A stretch of DNA of 64,000 nucleotides, from contig NC_042997.1 in the NCBI RefSeq assembly GCF_006345805.1, forward strand, positions 74,772,001-74,836,000. Direction: 5' to 3'. The notes beneath the pieces are model-generated. The model did not search any database and was not told where the DNA came from. It saw nothing but the letters and a program-made list of their open reading frames with translations. The translations under genes were made by a program, and so were the position numbers. Shown here in pieces: positions 51,265 through 62,990 of this stretch (positions within the stretch are counted from its first letter, which is position 1; every line of letters starts with the position of its first letter). This DNA comes from Octopus sinensis. Lineage: Eukaryota.

Positions 51265-51809
51265 GCACGCACACATGTACATCAATGCTTTCGGAGTGAA
51301 ATGTTAAAATATTGAGTTTTCTCGAATTTTGTCTTAATTGGTGGTAAAATTGAAAGAAATTTTTTATGGCATCACCCACTGAAGTACTCTGAAAAATCAT
51401 GGGTACACTCTAATTGAAGAAATTGTGTGAGGAGTAAATCGTTATGTATTTATTTGTTTCTGTTTGCTGTGTTTTCTTATTTTTTGAGTAGTGGTTTAAA
51501 TACTTTCAGTTTAGTCTTCCTCAAATCACTCTGTCGCTATTTACTTTCACTTTATTCGTTGCACACTGTGTGTGTGCGTTTGCGTGTGCTGTAAACCAGA
51601 CTAAGAAAAGCATTTGACATACACACCAGAATGTGAGTTTTCTGTAAATTTTGCTTAATTGGAGTTTAAATTTTAAAAACTGGACCTGGCAAAACCCGAT
51701 GCATTCTACTCTTAAAAATGCTAGGTAAATTGTAATTGAAGAAATCCTATATTGTAGATTTCTATAACTGACAAAGGGAGGCAGATAAATCTGCTTTTAT
51801 AATAAGAGA
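50348..51809 (-). mobile_element. Helitron family A, second near-identical tandem copy
   Basis: Differs from 48098-49554 almost only by single-base indels. Confidence 0.9.
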
Positions 51810-52484
51810 TACATACATATATATATATATATAAATATATATATATATACCATACATATATATAAATATATATATATATATATACATACATTATATATAA
51901 ATATATATATATATACATACATATATATATAAAATAATAATATACATACATATATATATATATAAATATATATATACATACATATATATATATCTATATA
52001 TAAATTATTATATACATACATATATATATATATAAATATATATATATACATACATATATATATAATATATACATACATATATATAAATATATATATATTA
52101 CATACATATATATATAAATATATATATATACATACATTATATATATAAATATATATATATACATACATATATATATATATAAATATATATATATACATAC
52201 ATATATATAATATATATATATACATACATATATATATATTATCTATATATACATATATATATAGATACATATATACATACATATATATATATATTATATA
52301 GATATATATATATATATAAATATATATATATAGACATAATATATATATACATACATATATACATACATATATATATATATATAAATACATACATATATAC
52401 ATACATATATACATACATATAATATACATATATATATACACATATATATATACATACATATATACATACATATATACATACATA

Positions 52485-52568
<84 letters not shown>

Positions 52569-53290
52569 ATAAATCTGCGAAGAGTTTGTTTGTTTGTCTG
52601 GTTTTGGCATTGAAAACGGGTTAAAGGTCACTAGATCCCGTCGGATTGACTCCAAAATTTACAGGGACATGTAAAATGAGGTGAGGAGGTTAGAAATCTC
52701 TATCTTAAAAGGTGTCGTTGCTAGGGCCAAAAACGCACTTTGACAAGTCTACTCTCATTCTTTTATGTATCTGTCTTCCTCCGTCACTCACTCTCTTTCC
52801 TCCCTTTCCATCCCTTTCTATATATAACATCGTTTAACTGCGTCTAACTCCCCTTCACTTTCTCTTTATAACGTCGTCAAACAGTTTCTATATCTCCCCC
52901 TCACCGCCTTCGACAGCGCTTTCACACTATCTCTCTACGTCTGTCTGCATTCATAGACAGAATTGTCATCGCCACCACCACCACACAATCATGAGAACAA
53001 ATATTATGAATCAGATATTTATTGGGTTAATTTATATATATGTGTGTGTGTTTTATATATAAATATGTATATTAAACATTTTAATACTTTTTGATAGTTA
53101 TATATATATTTTTTTTTAAATTATAAATATAAATTAATAATTTTAATTTTAAATTTAAATAATTTAAATTTTATATTTTATATATTTTGTATATTATATT
53201 TTTATTTTTATGTTTTTGTTTATGTTTTTCACTGTTTGATTTGCCTAATAGTGGTTTTATCTCGAATTTAATTTATATATATATATATAC

Positions 53291-53905
53291 AGCTGGCGAT
53301 GTCTGTCTCGACTTCCTATCTGTATATATCTATAGTCAGTGAAGTCTCCCCTTCGTATGTGTATATAAGGACACAGGATAAAATGTGTCGAGCTGTCAGG
53401 AGGCGTTCGATGCCTCCTAGGGCTATATAACGGTGGTGTACCCCCTACTGTCACGTTCTTGTTAGATTGACAGTATACAACCATTATATCGCTCCACCAC
53501 CGTACACCTCTCTACGAGAGATTTAGAAACTCAATATTTCTTATTTTGATAATCAGTGAATAGACTTCACTGACTATAGATATATACAGATAGGAAGTCG
53601 AGACAGACATCGCCAGCTGACCGGTGTCTGCTACTCTAGGCCGATGAAGGACAATGATCCTGAAACACGGTGTCCCTAGATGCAGTTCCGGCAGTTGGGG
53701 GTGTTTGTCTCCCCTTCGTATGTGTATATAAGGACACAGGATAAAATGTGTCGAGCTGTCAGGAGGCGTTCGATGCCTCCTAGGGCTATATAACGGTGGT
53801 GTACCCCCTACTGTCACGTTCCTGTTAGATTGACAGTATACAACCATTATATCGCTCCACCACCGTACACCTCTCTACGAGAGATTTAGAAACTCAATAT
53901 TTCTT
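53291..53905. mobile_element. ORF-less hammerhead-containing element (PLE pseudo-LTR derivative)
   Basis: A (53291-53346) - B (53347-53561) - inverted A (53562-53617) - HHR - B again (53708-53905), flanked by (TA)n. Confidence 0.75.
53635..53680 (+). ncRNA. Type-I hammerhead motif, U4C core
   Basis: UCUAGG-CCGAUGA-AGGA(CAAUGA)UCCU-GAAA-CACGGUG-UC-CCUAGA; 6-bp stem I, 4-bp stem II, ACAC-G-GUGU stem III, GUC site. Confidence 0.85.
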
Positions 53906-54894
53906 ATTATATATATATATATAATTTGTATACATTTGTATATATAATGCGTACACACACACACACACACACACAAATATATTATATATATATATATATT
54001 ATAATTTGTATACATTTGTATATATAATGCGTACACACACACCACACACACACACAAATATATATATATATATATATATAATATATATATATAATGTGCG
54101 CATTATGTGGTCGGTTGTGCTGAAAATATGCACACCTATGTTAAAAGTGCTGGCAAGTTAGCATGGTAACTAATTTTTTCCTCAAATGAAAGGCGTGACC
54201 TCTAGGACAAAATTCCTCATCTTATAAAATGTGACCCAAGTAGACCCGAATGAAATCGGGTTATATTAACCAAAATGTGAAAAGAGGTCTAAATGGGGCT
54301 TGAAGGGGATTAAAATTTACAAGAGTGGGTGTTTAGGAATTCTATGTTGCATGAGGCTAAAATATTTGCGCCAGCCTTTAAATCGTCAATGTGTTGCCGT
54401 CCATGATGAAGAAGTTTTGAATGCTTGCCATGATGAGTCTACTGTCGGGAGAAAGAATCACTTCAAAGCTTGCCGTTTAGGAATTTTCTTTTACATCAAG
54501 TTCAAAATTTTACGCCAACCGTTAAACTGCCTCTATGTTACTGTCCGTCATTAAGAAATGCCAGCCATGGTGACTCTACTATCCTCAGATTCTATCCTTT
54601 CAAACTTTGGTTTCCAATATTTTTTATTTTTATTCAGCTCGCAAGTTCGTCTGTCCCTTTTAAATGTTAGTGTTTTGCTTTCTGCCTTGAAGCAGACCTT
54701 TCCGTTGTCACTGCCTGATATTTATGATTGATCTTTCAAACTACTTTCTTTCTCAACTTACTCAAGATCTTTTGTTGTTTATAAATGGGAGAGAGATAGA
54801 TAGAGAAAGATAGAGAGTAAGAGAAAGCGAGGGAGAGTCCGAGAAAAAGGAAGAGTAAGAGAGTGGAAAAGGGAGAGAGAAACAAAGAGGGAGA

Positions 54895-55190
54895 ATCATC
54901 ATCGTTTATCGTCCGTTTTCCGTGCTAGCACGGGTTGCACGGTTTGACCAGGGTCTGGGAAGCCAGGAGGCTGCACCAGGCTCCAGTCTGATCTGGCAGT
55001 GTTTCTAAAGCTGGATGACCTTCCTAACGCCAACCACTCCGTGATTGTAGTGGGTGCGTTTTACGTGCCACGGGGGGAGGGGCACTGGCAGCGGCCACGA
55101 TTGGTTGGTGCTCTTTACGTGCCACCGGCACAGAAGCCAGTCACGGCGGCACTGCCATCGGCCACGTTCGGATGGTGCTTTTTACGTGCC
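54895..55190 (-). mobile_element. RTE 3'-UTR fragment
   Basis: RTE 3' terminus and repeat units. Confidence 0.85.
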
Positions 55191-55283
55191 GAAAGGATGC
55201 AACAGAAAATAACAACCACATTCTTACCCGCGTGTAGAGCAGGTCACCTCAAGCTAGTATACATACATATATATATATATATC

Positions 55284-55315
<32 letters not shown>

Positions 55316-55325
55316 GTATATATAG

Positions 55326-55381
<56 letters not shown>

Positions 55382-55419
55382 ATATTATATATATATATAT
55401 TATATATATATATATATAT

Positions 55420-55458
<39 letters not shown>

Positions 55459-55601
55459 TATATAGTATATATATATATATATATTATATATATATATATA
55501 TATAATATATATATATATATTATATATATATATATATTATATATATATACTTACATATAAGAGACCAAAGTGCACATACACTGGTATATTTTTATATATA
55601 A

Positions 55602-56311
55602 AAAATACAAAAATGGGACAAGAACGCAAACATCCAGACAGATAATACAAAGAAAACAAGGACAGGTCATTTAGAGTTTTCTATCCTCAGTCGAGTTCCA
55701 GATTATCTTTGCAATTTCACCTGGTTATACCCTAGATTGTTCCAATCTGAGCAGCCCCAAGAAAAAACTAAGCTAAGATCATTAAATTCCTTGGAAGAAA
55801 GCAGCGAATCTATATGAAAACAAGGATGTAAAAATATAGAGAAATGTTGCACAAATACAAATGCTAATAACAGAACATAACAACGGGTGTCTTTCGACTA
55901 AGGACGAATTAAATGAAGCTGGAGTGTGTGTGGAAGTAAAGCTTTACAGCAGGGACATAAGATTTGACAGGCACAGGGAGGATTATAGATGTTACATGGA
56001 TGGTAGTCAAACCCAGAAAGAAAGGTCAGGCTTGGCCGAACACCAGTCCCTTGGGGAGAGAATAGAGAGAGTTAGAAGCAGGAGGATAGAAGAATTAAGG
56101 AAGGGTGAGAAAAAAATGAAAGGGACACAGTAAAGTGAAAGTAGAGGGAAAGTGAGCATGAAGAGAAGGCCAGGAAATGTGAGAGAGAGAGAACAAAAGA
56201 ACGAAGAGTGGAAGGAACAAAATTAGTGTGAAAGGGCTGATAGATGTTGTCCCTTTTTTGTATCACCTAACTGTCTCCATGTTTTGTGTTCCTATCCCAT
56301 TTTTGAATTTT
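55602..56311. mobile_element. ~710-bp element with ~60-bp imperfect inverted ends (probable PLE pseudo-LTR derivative)
   Basis: 55602-55663 versus reverse complement of 56249-56311; flanked by (TA)n; no ORF. Confidence 0.5.
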
Positions 56312-56330
56312 ATATATATATATATATATA

Positions 56331-59300
56331 TCATCATCATCATCATCATTGTTTAACGTCTGTTCTCCATGCTAGCATGGGTTGGACGGTTCGACCGGGG
56401 ATCTAGGAAGCCAGAAGGCTGCACCAGGCTCCGGTCTTATCTATCAATGTTTCTACAGCTGGATGCCCTTCTTAACGCCAACCCCTCCAAGAGTGTAGTG
56501 GGTGCTTTTTACGTGCCACCTGCACTGGTGCCAGGCGCGGCTGGCATCGGCCACGGTCCGATTGGTGCATTTTTACGTGCCACCTGCACGGGAGCCAGTC
56601 GAGGCGGCACTGGCTTCGGCCATGATTCGGATGGTGCTTTTTACGTGCCTCCAACACGGAAGCCAGTCAAAGCGGTGCAGGCATTGGCCACGATTCGGAT
56701 AGTGCTTTTTACGTATCTCCAGTCCAGGGGTCCTGGCATCTGCCGGGTGCCAGTCATAGGATTGGTTCAATTTCGATTCCAATTTCGATTTCACTTGCCC
56801 CAACAGGTCTTCGCAAGCAAAGGGGGGTTGGCATAAATGCCTGTCGTCGGATGAGTATCGATATCGACTTCGCTTGCCTCCACGGGTTCCCTCCACTGCT
56901 AGGGATTGGCACTTTTTCACACACCTATCTTCATCCATTCTCGCCACATGACCATACCAGCGCAATCGTCTCTCTTGCAAACCACAACTGATGCTCCTTA
57001 GGTCCAACATTTCTCTCAGGATACTAACGCTCTGTCGAGCATGCACACTGACATTACACATCCATCGGAGCATACTGGCTTCATTTCTCACGAGCTTACG
57101 TATGTCCTCAGCAGTCACGGCCCATGTTTCACTGCCATGCAGCATGGCTGTTCGTACACATGCATCATACAGTCTGCCTTTTACTCTGAGCGAGAGGCCT
57201 TTAGTCACCAGCAGAGGTAAGAGCTCCCTAAACTTTGCCCAGTCTATTCTTACTCTAGCCGTTACACTTTCAGCACCCCCACCCCCACTACTGACTTGGT
57301 CACCAAGATAGCGGAAGCTATCAACGACTTCTAGTTTTTCCCCCTGGAAAGTGACGGAAGTTGTTTTCTGCAGATTTTCAGAGGTTAATGCTCCCGAGCA
57401 TCTGCCACATACAAAAACTATCTTCCCAGTTAGCCTTCCTTTGACATTGCTGCACCTCTTATGTGTCCATAGCTTACACTGGGTACATCTTATAGAGTTT
57501 CTACCTATAAGATCAAGCATGGCCATCTTCCTGAAGACATTTGTGGATTGTCTACCTTCCTACTTATTACTACTTTGGTTTTTGCTAGGTTGACTCTAAG
57601 ACCCCTCGATTCTAGACCCTCCTTCCACACCTGGAACTTCCCCTCCAGTTCTGATAGTGACTCAGTAATTAGAGCAAGGTCGTCAGCATATAGGAGCTCC
57701 CAGGGGCAACCTGTCTTGAATTCCTCCATTATTGCCTGGAGGACTATGATAAATAGAAGGGGGTCAAGGACTGAGCCCTGGTGGACCCCAACCTCTACTT
57801 TGAATTCTTCTGTGTACATGTTGCCAACCCTAACCTTACTTACAGCATCCCTGTACATGGCTTGCACAGCCCTCACCAGCCATTCATCTATCCCTAGTTT
57901 CCTCATTGACCACCAGATAAGGGATCTAGGGACCCTGTCAAAGGCTTTCTCCATGTCAACAAAAGCCAGGTACAGGGGCTTATCTTTGGCTAGGTATTTC
58001 TCCTGCAGCTGTTTCACCAGAAATATGGCATCAGTGGTGCTTTTCCCTGGCATGAAACCAAACTGCATCTCGTCCAAGTTGACTCTCTCCCTAATCAGTT
58101 GGGCTATGACCCTCTCTGCAACCTTCATTACCTGATCCAACAGCTTGATACCTCTGTAATTATTTGTATCTAGGGCGTCTCCTTTACCTTTGTAGCAGTT
58201 GACTATTATGCTGCTACACCAGTCATTGGGTATGACTCCTTCGTGTATCACCTGGTTAACTATACGGGTGACTAGGTTATAGCCGACACTGCCAGATATT
58301 TTGAGCATCTCTGCAGTAATTCCTGATGGGCCTGGGGCTTTCCCTGTCTTCATGCTTCTAATTGCTTTAACTATTAAAGAATTATAAACTCAGATTGCCT
58401 TAGCTACCACAGAACTATCAACTCGGATAGCTGGTCCCTCTGTTGGGTCAACATTCGGCAGACTCTCTTTATCCCATTCATTTTCTTTATTCAGCAACCT
58501 TTCATAGTGGCATCTCCAAACCTCTCTCTTTGCATCCTCATTTAGCGCAAGTGAACCATCATCCATGTGAACACACTTCTCTCCTACCACATCACGATTC
58601 TCTCTCACACACTGTCTTGCAACATGAAATACCTCAAGTCTTTCATCCTCACGGCTCAGAACATTGGCAAATTTTTTCTTATCCGCTTCCCCTCTGGCTA
58701 AATAAATCTGTCTCCTAGCTTCCCTTCTGGCTGTCTGATACAATTCCCTGCTACCACCGTTCTTCCAGTCCCTCGAAGCCTGTTTCTTTTGTCTAATAGC
58801 CCTGTCAACCACATTGTTCCACCACCACGTTACTCTGGGTCGAGATGGGACTTTGCTCCATCCACAGATCTGGTCAGTGGCTGTCAGCAGATTGTCCCGT
58901 AGAAATCTCCAGTTGTCTTCCACATTAAGTGAAGCTATATCCCCTTCTATTTCGTCAAAGGCTTCGAGTAGTATGTCTCTAAATCTCTGTCCATTTGCAG
59001 GATCTTTAAGCTTCCAGACCCTTCTCCTCCAAGCTGGTCTTCTTCTGGGCAACCATTTAGCTCTGATCCTGATGTCGCTAACTACTAATCTAAGTTGAGG
59101 AGTACATTCTTCGCCTGGAAAGGTTTTGGCATTTATAAGCAGCCCTCTTTCCCTCTTTCTGGTGAGGATGTAGTCAATCTGACTAGTGTGTCTGCCAGAA
59201 CGGTAGGTGACTAGGTGAGAGGTGGGTTTCCTGAAGTTGGTATTGCAAACCATAAGGTCATTTGCATCGCAGAACTCCAGCAGCCTGGTTCCCTCCTTAT

Positions 59301-59345
59301 TTCAAGAGCCAAAACCGTAGCCTCCATGAACGCCATGGAAGCCCC

Positions 59346-59349
<4 letters not shown>
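56331..59349 (-). mobile_element. RTE LINE, 5'-truncated within APE; three long ORFs (287, 282, 317 aa)
   Basis: SQIDYIL, KAPGPSGI, GVHQGSVLDPLLF, ELLYADDL and RLRWYGHVARM; short duplications at about 57500 and 58390; (GAT)n tail. Confidence 0.95.
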
Positions 59350-59407
<58 letters not shown>

Positions 59408-59428
59408 CATATATATTATATATATATA

Positions 59429-59760
59429 CTAGCAGTATCACCCGGTGTTGCTTGAGTTGTTTTGACCCTTAAGAATTGGAATTTTTGATAAGTAAACATT
59501 TTGCATTATTCAACTTGTTATTCTCTTCAAGTGAAAATCTTTCCAGTTGAAATACACCGCAAAATGGTGACACAGCAGTCAAAAATAGGGATTTTCATAG
59601 AAAAAAAAGCACCTTTTTGATGTAAATAATTTTTGTTGTTACACATGGTCCAATTTGAATTTTATCTTCTACAGAATGAAGAGCAAACCTTCTTCTATCA
59701 TACTCTCAATTTTGGTCAACTTGCGCTGCAGGGTCTCGAAGGAGATAGCGTTAGTTGAAG
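59429..59760 (-). mobile_element. Helitron family A, 3' fragment (diverged)
   Basis: CTAG + hairpin terminus; cut off by the PLE at 59760. Confidence 0.75.
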
Positions 59761-61380
59761 GGAAGAGGGGGGAGAGTATTAGTGCGTATGAGAGGTCTGG
59801 ACGTGTGTATGTATATATGATGTGATGTGTAAAGTCGTATGGTGTAGTGTAGAGAGAGGAGATGAGGGAAGAGGGGGGCGGTAAGGGGGGAGAGTGGGGA
59901 GGGGAGGGGGAAAAGAAAGGGGAGAAGAGGGGAGAAGGAAAGGGGAGAAGAGGAGGGGAACGGGAGAAGGAAGGAGGGGAGAGAAGGGGGAGAAGGAAGG
60001 AGGGGAGAGAAGGGGGAGAAGGAAGGAGAGGAGAAGAGGAGGGAGGATAGAGGGAGAGGGGGAGAGAGAGAGAAGGGGAGTGAGGGAGCAGAGAGAAAGA
60101 GGGAAGGGGAAGAGGGAAGAAGGAGGGAGGGAGAAAGAGGGAAGAAGGGAAGAGGAGTAGGGGTGAAAGGATGAAGGACTGAAGAGATGTAGGGGTCGGG
60201 GGGAGGTTAGATGAGGAGGGGGGAGAGTTGAGACCAAATGGTGTATAAGAGCGAAGAGAGAAGATTAATTCCTGTTCATGGCGCAAACAGGAATCCGGAT
60301 GGCCTTTGTGTAAGGACAAACCGAACACAGACAGGTGTTGCAAGGAGTGACCGGTGGCACGGAAAAAAAGCGTGAGACCGGTGTGTCGTTCGCAAGGCGG
60401 ATGTCACGAAGGTGTTCCGCAAACCGGTCAGCCAAGCGGCGTCCCGTTTGTCCAATGTACAGGGAATGGCAGAGAGAGCAAGAGACGCAATAAATAATAT
60501 TGCTGGAGGTGCAGGTGAAGGAGTTGATGATGCGATAGGGTCGATGGTGGGTGCCAGTGAGGAGGGTGGTGTTGGAGAGGTAAGGGCAAGTGCGGCAAAG
60601 TGGGCGGGAGCAGGGGAACGAGCCAGGTTGGGAGGTAGGGTCAGGGAAGGAGCTATGGACCAAAAGGTCTCGAAGGTTATGGGCTCGTTTGAAAGAGGGG
60701 AGGGGTCGGTTAGGGAAGAGGTGTGAAGTGGACGGGTCGGACTGGAGATGACGGAAAGCTCGAAGAATGGTGCATTGGAGAGGTAGGGTCGTGGGGTGGT
60801 AAGTGAGGGGAAAATGGATGTGGGAGACTACAGGGCGAGTTCGGGGAGAGAGAGCAGATACACGGTCCACGGAACGTGCTCTGGCAAGGGTGGTGTGGAT
60901 AGTGGTGAGGGGGTATCCACGTAGGATGAAGTGGTGAGCCATACGTTGAGACTGAGTCTCAAAGTCATGGTCGTCACTTCAGAGCCTACGTAGACGGAGG
61001 AATTGGGAATAGGGGATGGAAAGCTTGGTGTGTTCTGGGTGGGAGGAAGAGGTATGAGTGTGAGTCTGTGTGTTTGTAGTGAATGGAGGTGGTAAGAGTG
61101 AAGTGAAGGATGCTAACCGAAATGTCGAGGAAGGAGACAGAGGTGTTGGAGATAGTGGAAGTGAAGTGGAGGGCTGGATGGAAAGATTGAACGAAAGAGA
61201 GGAAGGAATCTAGATGTTCACGGGAGAGTGAGGTGGCACTGATAATGTCGTCAATGTAACGACCATATAGTTCAGGAGTGGGACCAGTGAAATTAGAGAA
61301 TATTTGGGCCTCAACATAGCCAACGAACAGGTTCGCATAGTTGGGGCCCATTCGCGTTCCCATGGCCACTCCCGAGACCT
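59760..61380 (-). mobile_element. Neptune-type Penelope-like element, 5'-truncated
   Basis: [16 protein letters not shown]...YIDDI; PCSRPLCRTCPYL...FTCTSSNIIYCVSCSLCHSLYIGQTGRRLADRFAEHL; ~410-bp purine/pyrimidine tract at 59830-60240. Confidence 0.92.
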
Positions 61381-61393
61381 AATGTATATATAT

Positions 61394-61437
<44 letters not shown>

Positions 61438-61451
61438 CATATATATATATA

Positions 61452-61520
<69 letters not shown>

Positions 61521-61567
61521 ATATATATATACATATATTATATATATATATACATATATATATACAT

Positions 61568-61623
<56 letters not shown>

Positions 61624-61643
61624 ATATACATATATATATATAC

Positions 61644-61682
<39 letters not shown>

Positions 61683-61737
61683 CATAATATATATACATAT
61701 ACATATATATATAATATATATATACATATACATATAC

Positions 61738-61787
<50 letters not shown>

Positions 61788-61788
61788 G

Positions 61789-61985
61789 TCAGTTGTCAGG
61801 TGTCCCGGATGAACCAACTTCACGGCAGGAGGTGCAGATGAGGGCAGCTGCATCGAACTCTCTCATGCATCAGATGGCGTTTGCTAAAAAGCATCCGTGA
61901 GGTAAACCCGTGTAGCAAACCAAATGGCGGTGCCCCAGCATGGCCACAGCTCATTAGCTGAAACTGGAAAAATCAAAATCAAAAT
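61789..61985 (+). mobile_element. SINE/LINE 3'-end fragment
   Basis: Ends GGTGCCCCAGCATGGCCACAGCTC..GCTGAAAC, similar to the SINE 3' domain at about 47925, followed by (AAAATC)n. Confidence 0.45.
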
Positions 61986-62054
61986 CAATCATATATATAT
62001 ACATATATATATATACATATATATATATAAATATACATATATATATATATACAT

Positions 62055-62087
<33 letters not shown>

Positions 62088-62179
62088 TACATATATATAT
62101 ATATATATATATAATATACATATACATATATATATATACATATACATATATATATACATACATATACATATATATATAC

Positions 62180-62228
<49 letters not shown>

Positions 62229-62340
62229 TATAATTATATTTATACTATATATATATACAATATATAAATATTTATATTATATAGTATATATATATACAAA
62301 TATATAAATATTTATATTATATAGTATATATATACATATA

Positions 62341-62990
62341 TATATTTGTACTATATATATACCAGGATTTCTGAGAATCTGCCCAGCGTATATTAACGGA
62401 ATATTCTATTTTATAAAACTATTTTTTGGCTTAAATAACCGCCCACCTATATTAAGCACTCATGAGCGGTAATATGGAAGTAAAATATTTCACGTAGGAA
62501 AAACAAAGATATTCTCAAAAATCATATTTATTTTATATAATTCCATTGAACTTGTATCGTTTCAGTAATCTGATATATTGCGATAAAGAAACTGAAACAG
62601 CCTTAAAAGAAGTAACATTAAAAAATATTCTGGAGTTAACAATAGATCTATTACAAAATATTGAAAATTAAACTGTTGAAAACATGAATAGAAGCCTTGT
62701 ATGAACATATGTCCTTGGGTATTTATGGTAGAATAATAACCAAACAGCTTCAAGTTAAATAACACGAATTTCCTCATTTGTTGCTTGGCCATAATTCACA
62801 TCAGAGCTAATTTCACTTAATTGAATCTCATCTTCTTCAATTTTGTCATTGAATGGCTTGGCTTATTTGAATATTTTATTTAATTCACAAACCCTTCAAA
62901 TTTTAATTTAGCTGCAATATTTAAAGCTTTTTCTTTTATGTTAGGCTTACTTCTAGTCCTGTATTTTACCAGGTTTATTAAATACCTAAG
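62341..62990 (-). mobile_element. Possible Tigger/pogo relic
   Basis: PNIKEKALNIAAKLKFEGF resembles the CENP-B-type HTH motif IxEKAxxxAxxL; heavily decayed. Confidence 0.4.

Larger units (their letters stand above)
52560..55257 (+). mobile_element. Helitron-like family C carrying nested insertions
   Basis: 5' ATTATTATAAATCTGCGAAGAGTTTGTTTGTTTG (Lep1-like layout); 3' hairpin ACCCGC..GCAGGT followed by CTAG|T at 55254-55258. The link between the two ends is inferred. Confidence 0.55.

Noticed and set aside
49409-52655. Many long YI/CV/HT-rich ORFs here and at 22.4-23.9, 38.4-38.9 and 61.3-62.3 kb
   Set aside because: Translations of (TA)n, (CA)n and (TACA)n microsatellites.
55661-55694. Minus-strand CUGAGGA followed by the hairpin UAGA(AAAC)UCUA
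   Set aside because: No GAAA and no stem I partner, so not supportable as a hammerhead.
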